Positions 24,816 to 36,839 are shown, numbered from the stretch's first letter. The stretch is DNA of 64,000 bases from Leucoraja ocellata (GCA_036785375.1 JAWMAR010000023.1:7564001-7628000), one strand, 5' to 3'. Translations and numbers: made by a program. Notes: generated from the letters alone by a model not told the origin.

Positions 24816-25054
24816 GTGAGTGCAGATCGGCAGCAGCGTGAGTGGTACATGGAATGGGTTCTAAATAAAGACACAAAGCCATAATCAAATAAAAATCTAG
24901 CTGCTACTTTTAAAGAGAAATTATTGGATAGCTAAGGTTATGGATCAGTTAATATCAGCTGAACAATTAAAACAGACGAGTATGTATGAATAATGTATGA
25001 CCCACAAACATTTCTACCAGGATGGAAACGACAGAGTAGAAGGCATAGCTTTAA

Positions 25055-26087
25055 GTAGCAATGTTACAAAATTTTGAGATTTAAAAAATCAAGTCTGCAA
25101 TTTATCCCATCAGATAACAATAAGTTTAATTTGACACCTAATTCACTTTCATATCTCAAGTAATAAAAAAGTTATGGCCATTTTCATACTCGGAAATTAA
25201 CATCTTGTTCCCTATTGATTTTCTATGGACATAACAAAAAAGCTGTGATCGTGGACAGTCAAAAGCCCATAACCTTCTTAAAAATTAAGAGAACTGAATG
25301 AAATTTTCAGTTATCATAGATTGAAGCATTCTGAAACAAATATAAAATAATCTTACTTGGATGACCTGAAATTAAAGCATATAATTAGTTAGTTACCCTA
25401 TTGTAGCTAATTTCAAACTTCAATTACTAGTCTAAACATCTATCCATTTCTTAATAAATGATTAACATTTTTAAATAGCCTAAGTGTCCAAATAATATTC
25501 ACAAATAATTCACAATAAAACATGATTTTTAAATCTCATTTACATCAATTTATAGGCCAAATGGAAGGAATTTAGTGTTCATTTGCTGTAAATTAAAGTC
25601 AATTTAAATCGGCTTTCTAGTGGGTTCCTGTGAACGCGCTGGTTTAGAACGCTCACATTGCGCTGGATTTGTGCCCTCAAGTGCCCAGAAAAATACTGCG
25701 GGATATAAAGAGCCCAAAATGAGCTACTCGCTATAGAAAACTTTATATACAGGGTTCTTAAGAAGCCCCATTTAATGTAAACATAAGGTACATACCTTTA
25801 ATTGTTTGCTTTATAAAACCCTGGGGCTGCGAGAGGTTGCGGAGTGAGAGAGTGATTTTTAAACTACTATAAATATTATACAAGGCCATAAAAACTAATA
25901 ATACCTTTTGCGACGGGGTCTTTCAGCGATTTTCCGTTAATGATTTACTAGGCTGAACATTTTCGATTGGAACAGCCTAGAAAAAATCGCGTTTTAAACC
26001 CGCCCCCTCTAAACAGCGCCAAAATCACACACAAGGGGTGGGGCAGATGCTCAACCACGATTCAGGTACGTTTTGTAACATACCTAC
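25055..26087. mobile_element. Non-autonomous DNA transposon (MITE, about 1.03 kb) inserted in a CR1 fragment
   Basis: TIRs gtagcaatgttacaaaa / ttttgtaacatacctac (15/17 match); flanks duplicate (c)tttaa(g); host CR1 reads gcatagctttaaggcgag across the site. Confidence 0.8.
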
Positions 26088-26206
26088 TTTAAGGCGAGAT
26101 GGCAAAGTTTAAAGGAAACGTGCAAAGCGTTTTGTTTTACACAGATGGTGGTATATGTTTGAAATGCACTGCCAAGGGGGATGGTGGAGGCAGGTACAAT
26201 AGTAGT

Positions 26207-26765
26207 TGTAGTGACAGATTCTCATATCGTTCAAGGAATCTTTCCTCTCCTCACTATGATTGAAGACGGGTTCAGGAGATTAATCGAAACGCATTCACGA
26301 TCTCTCCACGAGACATTCAATGCCGTCCAAAGATAAAGCTTCCAAACACAGTCTCTTAATTAGTAGTTTCTTTATTGGAGTAGTACAACTTCTTCTTGTT
26401 TAAGTACATTTTGATCTTACTCGTGGTCAAACTTGTGCATGGTCGAAAGCTGTGACCTCTCCCTCATGCTTCTTCAAACTAAACTAAAACTACTTTGGGC
26501 ATCTGCGTGAGAATCCCATTCGCAAGCACGCCTCAGACAACGTATAAATCCCACCCACATAATTACAGGCAGATAAAATTTAACGGTAACTGGTTAAAGT
26601 TATAGCATACTGAGTTAAGCTAAATGGCTACTACATACCGGCCCCTAATTGTTCTGAGTATATAACGAGGCAATTACTAATAAACATTTTTTAAAAAAGG
26701 AGCTATAAAAGCTTAACATGTATCAAAAAACAAAAAATAGCATGCATTATATATCCGTATTCAGA
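26207..26765 (-). mobile_element. 3' LTR (26207-26635) plus PPT and internal stub of an LTR retrotransposon
   Basis: TGTAGT...ACTACA termini; minus-strand AATAAA at 26371-26376; minus-strand AGGGGCCGGTA directly before the LTR. Confidence 0.6.
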
Positions 26766-26887
26766 CTTCAAGAGGATTTTGGGTCGGCACTATGATATTC
26801 AGGGAATGGAGAGACATGGATCGCGTGTGGGCAGATGAGGTTAATTTCAAAGGAAATATGTTCTTTGTAAGAATAACTGAGCTTTAA

Positions 26888-27115
26888 CAAAACACAAAGT
26901 ACTGGAGGAACTCAACGGGTCAAGCAGCACAGTGGAGGGAATGGGCAGGTGACATTTTAGGTTGGGCCTCTTCAATCTCCTCTTTAGAGACTGACGAATG
27001 GTCACAAAATCGTTGTCTGTTCATTCCTTTCATGGATGTTGCTTGACCTGCTGAGTTCTTCCAGCACTTTTGTGTTTTGCTCAGGATTCCAGCATCTGCA
27101 GTTTCTTGTGCCTTC
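26888..27115 (+). mobile_element. Penelope-like fold-back element with 16-bp TSD
   Basis: TSD aataactgagctttaa (26872-26887) / aataactgtgctttaa (27116-27131); ctgacga near the centre. Confidence 0.78.
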
Positions 27116-27178
27116 AATAACTGTGCTTTAATTGAAAGTGTTTATTGAATAACTAATATGATGAATGTTGCGTTCAAG

Positions 27179-27266
27179 GGGGAGCCAATGCGTATTATCT
27201 ACCGTATGCGAGGGCTTTTAGGAGATGCAACTGAGGAGTTTATTGAATCATTGGATTCAACTACAG
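27179..27266 (+). CDS. UBR4: UBR4 exon 23 GEPMRIIYRMRGLLGDATEEFIESLDSTT
   Basis: ttcaag| acceptor (AAG, weak pyrimidine tract), G|gtaaca donor. Confidence 0.9.
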
Positions 27267-27386
27267 GTAACAGCATCCATCACTGACACACATATAGTTG
27301 TTGTATTTATCATGTTTTCAGTCGCTGCCTCTTATCCCATATCAAGTTCTAAATTATAAAAGATTTCTCCTGCCGTAACACATAGA

Positions 27387-27690
27387 GGGCGGTACATTGG
27401 CATAACTGGTCACATGACCTGGGTTTGATCCCAGCCTTGGGTGCTGTCTATGTGGAATTTGCATGTTCTCTCTGTGACTGCATAGTTTTCTACTGGGCAC
27501 TCCGGTTATCTCACACACCCCAAAACATGCAGGTTTGCAGGTTAATTGGCCTCTGTAAATTGCCCCTAATATGAAGGGAGTGGATGAGAAAATGGGTAAA
27601 CGTTGAACTCACTGTGAATGGATGATTGATAGTCGTCGTGGACTCAGTGGGCCTGTTTTCATGCTGTATGTTTCAATCAATTCAATCAAT
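27387..27690 (+). mobile_element. HE1/V-SINE-like SINE (another partial copy at about 27925-28160)
   Basis: Same family, tcaat-type tail. Confidence 0.7.
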
Positions 27691-27751
27691 AAATATATGT
27701 GTCTTGACCACAGGAGATGCTGTTACTTTAATGATTGTTCTTTCATTGTAG

Positions 27752-27879
27752 ACGAGGAAGAGGATGAGGAGGAAGTGTACAAAATGGCGGGCGTAATGGC
27801 CCAATGTGGTGGTCTCGAATGCATGCTAACCAGATTGGCTGGAATCAAAGACTTCAAACAGGGACGTCACCTTTTAACA
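27752..27879 (+). CDS. UBR4: UBR4 exon 24 DEEEDEEEVYKMAGVMAQCGGLEC...GRHLLT
   Basis: ttgtag| acceptor, ACA|gtgagt donor. Confidence 0.92.
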
Positions 27880-30519
27880 GTGAGTATCTGGGTTGGTGTT
27901 TTATGAACACTGTGGGCGCCATGTGTGGCGTTTGCACGTTTGCTCTGTGACCACATGGATTTCTTCAAAAAGTGCCCCGGTTTCCACACACATCCCAATG
28001 ACGTGTGGGACTGTAGGTTAATTGGCCTTCTGTAAATTGCCCCTAGTGTGTAGGGATGTGTGCCCCTAGAAAGCAGGATAACATAGAACTAGTGTGAACG
28101 GGTGATCAATGGGCAGCGTGGACTTGAAGGGCCCCTTTTCCATTCTGCATCTTTCAATTAAAATAACAATATTCAAATGTACCCCATAAACATTTGGTCG
28201 GTGTTCAAACATGAATTTATTTGATTTGCATTTTGCTGTTGCTGCTGGGCATTTTGTTCTTCCTCATTTTTCTTTACTCCTATTCTCTCACAATTTTCAT
28301 TCTCCTCCCTCCGCCAAAGCAGGATGGTCTGGTTGGGATTGCAGCCAGCTCTGTGAAACACTGGCATCTTCTCTGATGATAAACCCTCGTAAAACATTAA
28401 GCTTGTATTCTGCCACAGATTAGTGCTTGAATCAGCTATAAAGCTTTCACATCCTCTGAACAAAGGTCCCGTTAAGCTGGATGAAACCCCGCGGTTGGAC
28501 AGCAACTCCTTTTAATACAGAAGAGTGACCTAGGCCATGTCACAGGATAGAGTTTGCTGGAAAATGGTGACAGATTTCGGATTTGTTTATATATGCAAGA
28601 GCATGAAAGTCTTAGGTTTGTGGATGACTGCTTGTTGGTGCTTTGTTGCCTGCACTCTTGACATCAGACTTCAGAACAAAGTGCCGATTCAGCAATTCCC
28701 CGCCATACAAACTCGCGCCTCACATCAACTTCAACAACATGCCACGTTGGACTTGAAATAGGGATTTTTCTCCATTGATTTCAATAGGAGAGAAAAAGTT
28801 ATGATATTAGAATTTTTAGATTTCTATTAATTGTTTCTATTTTTTGACAAACTCATTTTTTTCCTGTAACATTGTGTTATTGGCAGCGTTGGTAGTTATT
28901 TAGACTATGGAGCATGGACTGGCCAGTTGTCAGGATGTGTCCCCAGTTTCAATCGAACCACACTCTCTCTCTCTTCCCCCCCCCCCCCCCCCCCCCCGCC
29001 AATCTTCACACCCACTGAAGGATGAATCTGTTTCCATGCGAGGCTGTTGCACTGGAGATTGCACCAGCTTTACCCAGCATATTCTCACCAGGGCTACTGC
29101 ACAATGTACATGCAACTATGCAAAATAGCGGCCGAACAGGTTTCTTGTCACTGTTGCAAATTCTGGGCCCTTGTTGTTGCAGGCCCCTTAAAAGGTCATA
29201 AACAACTGGAGGAGGAGAGATGCAAAATAACACCTAGCACATACAAATTGATGCAAAGTCAAGAGTGTTTTATTCTCATATGTCCCGGATGGGACAATGA
29301 CATTCTTTCTTGCTGCAGCACAACTGAATATGTGAATGTGTAAACTTAAGGGGGAAGAGAAAAGGTTCAATAAATCGCAGTAGTGCTACACATTTAAATG
29401 CATTAGCAACTCGCTACTTACATCGCTGGTTTCTGCAGATTCTTTTATACAGTTGAGCTCAGAAATACTAAATTTGAAGATTTTCAGTTGTGCAGCGGGC
29501 AAAATGTCACCATAGGTAGGTGCCATCTTTAATTCTTTCATGCACTTTCAAAGGCAAATGACAGGTAATGTAAACTAGCTTCACAGCCATGGAGCAAATA
29601 CAGGAAAGTGAGATCTGGGCATGTACTTAAATCTTTGATAACAGCAAAGCAGATGTTAAAAAGGCATTTTGGGCCCCTTTCTTTTCTGAAACTAAACCTA
29701 AGAATACAGCTTCTATGAAGTTATAATTCACTGGGTAAACCCAGGTTATAATATTGTGAAGATGGACACAAAATGCTGGAGTAACTCAGCGGGACAGGCA
29801 ACATCTCTGAAGAGAAGGAATCGAGACCCACATTGTGATCAGTTCAGGACAGTTTAGAAAGGATAGAAGAGAACATTTACTAGAATTATGTTATAGTGCA
29901 GTAAAACAATGATGACCCACCGTACAATTATTCGCAAATCCTAATAGTTTGACATGAGGCTCACAGGGATCTCTGTTCCCACGCTCCTCTAACACTTTAT
30001 TGTTCTATGTTCCCAGCAATGCATTTAGAGAGACTGCAAAACTTCCTGCAGGTGTTTAGTTTACAACGTAATTAGCTCTTTACACAATCCTGGGTGGTTA
30101 ACGTTTATGGATGCTTAATTCTGGATTTGTTAAATGTTCTCTGACATTCATTAGGCCTTAGGTTGCTTCTTTCCCAGGTTCAAGAGCAATGCTGTTTGTG
30201 ACTCCATCTGAGGAACTTTACAAAGTATTTTGCTACTTAGCAGCTCGGCACAGTTGCCCTTGATCACAATCGCATTCCTGTCATCCACAAACATGTGTTG
30301 CCTTTGATTTGAGATATATATCTGAGGCTGGTCAATCGCTCTCGTTATAGCAGTCGGATTATGCCTTGCTCCACTTTAATTCCCATGGCAATTGTGGCAA
30401 CCCTAAGATCACACATTAGAAATAATTTTAGGCAAGTAGCAACTGTTTTTGAAACGCATCAGAACAGGCTAATAGGGTTTTAAAGAACAGCATTGAAAGG
30501 CTGGATTTCATCAGATTGT

Positions 30520-31640
30520 ACAGTACAGAAATATGCTCTTTCAACCCAATTCATTCATGCCAGCCACAAGGACTATTTATGCTCACCCCATTTGCCCACC
30601 TTAAACCTCACCTCTAACTGTGGACTTCCATGCCCTAGAAGAAAGACTAACTCTCTATCCTATGCCCCTCATACTTTCATCAACCTTTATAAGGTCATTC
30701 CTTAGCCTCTTGCATTCCAGTGAGGACAAATCCAGCAGCTCGCCTTGTAACTACAGTATAGGATATATCTTGGTGACTCTCTTCTGCACTCTCCCATTTG
30801 CTACCACGTTCTTCCTGCAGTGTGACAACCAGACCTATACACAATACTCCAACTGTTTTGTACAGTTGCAACATGCTGACACTGCTCTTAGAATCAGTGA
30901 TCTGGCCAATGAAGGCAAGCATGCCAAATGCTGTTTACACGACTCCTTCCACCCAAATGTCAAGTTAATCCATGTCCAGTTGTGTCCTTAGACAACCTTT
31001 GCTATCAATGACTACAATAATTTTCATGTCATCTGCAAACTTACTAATGGGGACCTCCTGCATTCTCATCCAATCATGTATCCATGACAAACAACAAAGG
31101 TCTCACCATCTACCTCTGCAGTACATCTATCCCTCCAGTCAGAAAAACACCCATTCACCTCTACCCTATAACATCTATCACCAAACCAGTTTTGGTTCCA
31201 GTTTGCCCTGGATCCCGTGTCTTCACCTCCTGGGCCAGCCTACCATGCGAGACTGTCACAAGCCTAACTGACATCAATGTAAATCACGTCTACTGTACTG
31301 CCTTCATTACTTTTTTCCTACCTCCACAAACACAGCATGTAAAACAGTACAGCACAGGAACAGGTCCTTCAGCCCACAATGTCTGCAGAACATGATGACA
31401 AGATAAAATAATCTCATCTACCTGCATATGATCCATTTCCCTCCATTCTGCAAATATCCATTTGCCTATCTAAAAGCCCCATAATGCCACTATTGTATCT
31501 GCTTCTGCCACCATCCCTGGCAGTGGGTTCCAGGCACACACCATCCTCTGTAAAAGTAAGATTTGGACTGCACATCTTTAAATTAGTCTGTCACACCTTA
31601 AAGCTATGCCCTGTAGTCCTTTAGATTGCAGCCCTGGGAA
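30520..31640 (-). mobile_element. Degraded CR1 LINE fragments
   Basis: MLAFIGQ...MLQLYKT and reverse-strand KFADD-like remnants; CR1 3' UTR motifs. Confidence 0.6.
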
Positions 31641-33142
31641 ATTGCTTCTGACAGTCTATATGATCTTCCTTGCATAAAATCACCCTGACACCTTCCAGTC
31701 TGTCTCTGCCTTTCAAAATGGGCATAAATCCTTAAGAATCTTCTCCAACGATTTATTTTCTCTCAAAGAAACACGTGTCACAGCCACAAGGTGTGGGTAG
31801 TTCCCTTACAACAGCAATTTGTTTGTGTTTTAATTCAGTGCTTCAGGAATGATATGAGCTCACAGCCTGTGAGGTGTTCCCCACAGAGTGCATGGGGGTG
31901 TTATACCTTGCTCATCAATACAACAGTTACTTCCCAAGAATCCCTGAAACTTGGCCTATTCCTCTTCTCCAGAGATGCTGATTGACTCCAGCACTTAGTG
32001 TTCAACTTCCAGTAAACTGAGTAACTGGATGTGAGGCTGCTTTTATTTTGTGATTTGTTTGGAAAATAGCATCAAAATTGACAAGTTTGCATCTCCACAG
32101 AATTCAAATCGATTTAGTGATAGGAAAGGCTTTTATTTTCACAAATTTACCAGACTATATTAATAATTTCTGTCCAGCAGCCTCCTACTGAATCATTTAA
32201 CATCACATGTTGTACAGTTCATATATTTCTCTTCACCGAAACCTCTTTTACTTGATGAGTTAGTAGCAACTTGAAGTAGATGATCACATCTATTTACTCT
32301 GATGTTTAGATATACCAACTGCCTGTAGTGGTTTCTTAATTTGGGTCAGATCTAGAACCCAACCTGTTCCAAATTAAAACCGCCCCACTGCAGGCAGCCG
32401 GAATAACTCCTGTGTACACTGGAATTACAGCGTTGTTTTCATGATGTTGTATGTTATTGCGCTCTCAGTACCAGCGCTTTTCAAGAAATGTCGAGCATTA
32501 TTTTGTTTCTTTCACGTCTAATATTCGGAGGGAGGGCTGGTATTCTGGGGAACTAGAGTCAATCTGACTCTTTGCATTTTACTAAATCAAGTGCTAGTCA
32601 GTAGTGTCTGTTGACCCCAATCTAGAGGTTCGGCAACTGGTGTTCACACCATACGTCTATGGATGCAGTACCTCTGTCCAATCAAAGACTTGTTTCCTAT
32701 ATTTTGCACATTTTTCCAAGTGTGGAGGATTCTGAATGAACAGTGACTGGATTGCATACCTTATAATCATTCATTAGCGACACAGTGTTGCTGGTACCTT
32801 ATAAAGTCTCTTTTAAAAATGACACCACCTCCACACATTGCCCCCTTGTCCTGGTCAACCCATCGGCGTTGCCACATATCACATGGACCAGATGAAAGAC
32901 AGAACCTCCACACATTACTGGGACGAACTGTACATTCAGGAAAATAACCTCAAATGAGCATCCCCAGTGTGTGACCATCCTGAATAAATTTGATACAGTT
33001 GCTCCGAGAACATGTGTCATTTGTAAAAGACCATCCCTATTTTTTTGATATCTCCCAGAGTATCAACCAGTTCAGCTTAAAAGGTACTTTAAATGCATCA
33101 GCCCATTGCAAAGCTTTCAAACTGACCATGTTGGTGTTCTTC

Positions 33143-33368
33143 GAAGATAGACACAAAATGCTGGAGTAACTCAGCGGGGCAGCCAGCATCTCTGGAGAGA
33201 AGGAATGGGTGACGTTTCAGGTCGAGAACCTTCTTCAGATTCTGGAAGAAGGGTCTTATGCCGAAATGTCGCCGATTCCTCTCCAGAGATGCTGCCTGAC
33301 CCGCTGAGTTACTCCAGCATTTTGTGTGCATCTTCAGTTTAAACTAGAATCTGCAGTTCCTTCCTACA
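33143..33368 (+). mobile_element. Penelope-like fold-back element with perfect 16-bp TSD and intact hammerhead core on the minus strand
   Basis: TSD catgttggtgttcttc (33127-33142 / 33369-33384); about 95-bp inverted arms. Confidence 0.82.
33211..33238 (-). ncRNA. Minimal hammerhead ribozyme core (PLE type)
   Basis: Minus strand reads CUGAAGA-AGGUU(cuc)GACCU-GAAAC-GUC. Helix III is loopless and palindromic, and helix I does not pair locally. Confidence 0.6.
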
Positions 33369-33394
33369 CATGTTGGTGTTCTTCTTCCCTCTAG

Positions 33395-33502
33395 GTGTTG
33401 CTGAAGCTGTTCAGTTATTGTGTGAAGGTGAAGGTGAATCGACAACAGCTGATTAAGCCCGAGATGAACCCACTCAATGTGATGCTGGGGACTCTTAACC
33501 TG
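33395..33502 (+). CDS. UBR4: UBR4 exon 25 VLLKLFSYCVKVKVNRQQLIKPEMNPLNVMLGTLNL
   Basis: ctctag| acceptor, CTG|gtaagc donor. Confidence 0.92.
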
Positions 33503-33850
33503 GTAAGCCATATGGACATTTTATGAACTTAGCTACATAGATTCATTATAAATTCTCCAGCATCTGGCTATTTCCTTCCTGTAACTTTTCCCGTCAGAGA
33601 CTGCAGTTAGTGATAAGTTTCTGGGCTGGTTTTGGTGAATCTTTTGAAGGAGGATTAGCTATTCGAAACAAGCAACTCTGTTGTTGGGAAAATGTTAATT
33701 ATTCATGGAGATCAATACAAAGATTAGAATCGTCAGTATGCAAATCAGACGTCTTGAGACAATGTCTTTATGATCTCTGACTGATGGTAAAAAACTGTTA
33801 CCATAATGGATCGATTTAGGAAAAAGAGCCGCATTGTGCTGAGGTAATTC

Positions 33851-34034
33851 ATCTCTGGAGAACATGAATTGGTGGCATTTTGGGTCGGGACCCTTCTTCA
33901 GTCTGACTCAGTAGAAGGATCCAGACCCGAATCATCATCATCTATCTATGTTCCTCATAGATGCTACCTTACCCGCTGAGTCACTCCAGCACTTTGTATC
34001 TTTTTTAAACCAATCTGTAGTTCCTTGTATCTAC
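33851..34034 (+). mobile_element. Degraded Penelope-like fold-back element
   Basis: gggtcgggacccttcttcagtctga...gacccgaa...cccgctgagtcactccagcac plus tail. Confidence 0.62.
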
Positions 34035-34051
34035 ATGGATTTTCTGAAACT

Positions 34052-34400
34052 AGTAAGTAAGTAAGTTTTATGTATACAGCACGTTGAAACAAAAGTGCTT
34101 TACATAGAAAAAAATAATAAAGTTTCCGTACATCCATAGAAAAATTAAAAAAAGAAAAATGACACAACACATTATAGAATTCGACACAAACGCCCCCTCA
34201 CAACAGAATCAAAATGTTCCACCGTGGGGAAAGGCACTAGAAAGTTCAGTCCTCTTCCTCTGTCATCACCCGAGGTCGGGGCCTATCTGTGGCCTCCGCA
34301 GCCAGTCCGATGTGTTCAGGCCCTCTTGCCGGGAAGCTGGAACTCCGGCGTCGGGTGAACACTCCTCAGAGGCTTGGAATGACTGGAGTGGTCGACCAGG
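34052..34400 (-). mobile_element. Non-autonomous element with L2-type 3' tail and (TTAC)n end
   Basis: Shares aaggcacta...cccga.gtcgggg.ctat.tgtggcctcc.cagcca...caggccctct with the 19293 copy. Confidence 0.6.
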
Positions 34401-34619
34401 TAGGGACTAGGAAATAAAGTTTCCCCCTTCCCCTCCCCCCACCCACCACCTCCAACTCATTTTGTTCGTTTTGTTTAAACTAAGTTTAAATTCCATTATA
34501 GCTCAGATGCAAAAATGTAATTTCTGCTAACCTGTTACAGAGTTTGTTCAACATTTAAAATTAGATAATACAGCTGGTGTGTTACAAGGTTTAGTGTTGA
34601 ATGTGTTTTTTTTATACAG

Positions 34620-34739
34620 GCATTGCTGGCTGAACAGGAGAGTAAAGACAGCGGGGGTGCAACTATTGCCGAGCAAGTGCTGAGCATCATGGAGATCATT
34701 TTGGATGAAGCAAACGCAGAGCCACTGACAGAGGACAGG
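34620..34739 (+). CDS. UBR4: UBR4 exon 26 ALLAEQESKDSGGATIAEQVLSIMEIILDEANAEPLTEDR
   Basis: atacag| acceptor, AGG|gtgtgt donor. Confidence 0.91.
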
Positions 34740-34949
34740 GTGTGTCTCAGTTCCAAGAGCTCAAGAGCAAACATTTACTTTTAATTTGAACCCGGAGGCT
34801 ATTTTCAGTGGCGAGACCAGTGGAGTGCTGTGAACTGAAGAGTAAAGAAATAAAACAGGAGATAAAATCCTCTTTGATGTATAGGCAAATCAGGCAGCTG
34901 TAGCAGTAAAACTGAGCACTTCAGCGATATCAGTAAATGACACAGCAGT

Positions 34950-35165
34950 AAAACACAAAGTGTGCAGGAACTCAGCGGCTCAGGCAGATCTGAGGAGAGA
35001 ATGGCCAGCCAACGTTTTGGGTCAGGAACCCTTCTTCAGTCTGAAGAAGGGTCCCGATCCGAAACATCGCCTGTCCATTCCTGCTCCTGATGCTACATGA
35101 CCTGCTGAGTTTCTCCAGCATTTTATGTTTGGCTCACGATTCCAGCATGTGCAGTCTCTTGCATC
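34950..35165 (+). mobile_element. Penelope-like fold-back element; plus-strand core at 35041-35068
   Basis: cttcttcagt|CTGAAGAaGGGTCccGATCCGAAAcATC with inverted arms and tail. Confidence 0.75.
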
Positions 35166-36486
35166 AGCAATAGCACTGCCGTGACTGTCAGTGCCCCTTT
35201 CAAAAGTCTTATGTTTGTGTTCAAATGTTTCATGCTGGAAATCTAAGTGGCGAGCACTGGTTGAGTTGGCGTGGCTGTACTATTGCCTCTCCTTTCACCC
35301 CAAACTCTGGTTGCCTACCAATACTCATTTGTGAGGTTTATGTCTTATTCATGCTCATGACAAGGCTGCTGCTGGAGAAGTCAGAATTACTTGTCTATAT
35401 CGAGTTAACTGGAGAACGTGGTGGTGGTGGAGGACTACTATCTGGAACCAGTGTGGGCAATGTGGACTTCCAAGATGCAAGGGTTTTGACTCAGTGTTGG
35501 TAAAGTGTGAGGAAACAGAGATTTATGTCCGAGTTAAGATGGTGTATGTATCTCAAGCCCTTGCCTTTCTTACTCGGAAAGGTCAGGACTTTAACAGGTT
35601 ACTTTCATCACAGTTTGCAGTCAGCCTGCAATTAGTTAACCAAAGATGATTTTTTTTTTAAATGCAAAGAACAAAGAGTATAATTGGACTGAAGGGGGTT
35701 GTTGAGGAGACGTGTAGTCAAGAAAACAAGATTGGGAACCAACGCCTTCAATTTTTTTGTGAGGTTTACAGAGTGTCGAGGGGCATCTATGATTCCTGGC
35801 ATTCTGGATGAATGGCAGTTTCGCGGAGAGCGGAGTCAAGGCAACTGGGCATTGAAGCCAGTGGAAACATGGTCTGAAACGTATTATCGACCTGTAGTGT
35901 TATTGAGGAGCTATCAAGGTGGAGGTGCTCAATATTTTGAAGAAGAAAGAAAGCAATCATGATGACTGAACTGTTGTGTAGAACTGAAACATGGCTCGGG
36001 TAACCGCGAGATGCGCGGTGACGTGACCTTGTATGAATCAGCCGGGAGAATGATGGAAGGAGGGGAGAAGCAAATTGGAGCTGATGTGGGTAAAAAGGAC
36101 AGCTTGAATTGGTGTACATTAGGTGAAAGTTTAATGCTTCCAGCCTGTCAGAAATATTGAGGAAGAGTTGTTGGAAATGGAGGAAGGAGACAAAAACGTG
36201 GCAACAGTTTACATGGAGACCATTGTTCAATGCTTTAAGGGGATATTAGTTGTAGAAGAATGAAAAGGAAAGAGTCCACGATGTATCTTTGAAGTACAGC
36301 TGGGAAAAGGCAAACAGACTGAATTCCAAGTTCATGAATTAGTATCAATGGGGATGAAGCCATAAGATATTTTGTGCTTTTATAATTTTTGTGTACCCTT
36401 AGAGACGTCTATAACACCTTCTCTCTAATCATAAAACTGCCTTGTGTGTAATTAAAGTTTTGCTGTTAAACATTTTTTGCCGTCAG

Positions 36487-36677
36487 GGTAACCTGTTACT
36501 GACAGGAGACAAAGATCAGCTGGTGATGTTGTTGGATCAGATCACGTCAACATTTGTCCGTTCCAATCCAAGCGTACTACAAGGACTGCTGCGCATTATC
36601 CCATACCTTTCTTTCGGAGAACTGGAGAAAATGCAGATTCTTGTTGATCGTTTTAAGCCCTACTGTAATTTTGACAA
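36487..36677 (+). CDS. UBR4: UBR4 exon 27 GNLLLTGDKDQLVMLL...KPYCNFDK
   Basis: cgtcag| acceptor, AA|gtaagt donor. Confidence 0.93.
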
Positions 36678-36839
36678 GTAAGTGACCAAGTGGCAACTTT
36701 GATATGTGGTGCAGTACGTGCAAAGATCCTAGTGTCACAATCTGCAATCAGATGCCTCTCATAGAGCTAGAATAATTAATACAAGTGACTTACAACATTA
36801 AGGAGTTGGAGGCTGGCCTACGTTTTTGCTCTTTTGAAT

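Noticed and set aside
26259-26297. ttgaaga...cgaaacgcattc in the LTR as another hammerhead
   Set aside because: The core begins UUGA rather than CUGA and helix II does not pair convincingly.
28435-28875. Second member of the 25-kb TIR family (ccattgatttcaatagg, aaaaagttatg, tgtaacattg motifs)
   Set aside because: Only short motif similarity; no matching second TIR or TSD found by eye.
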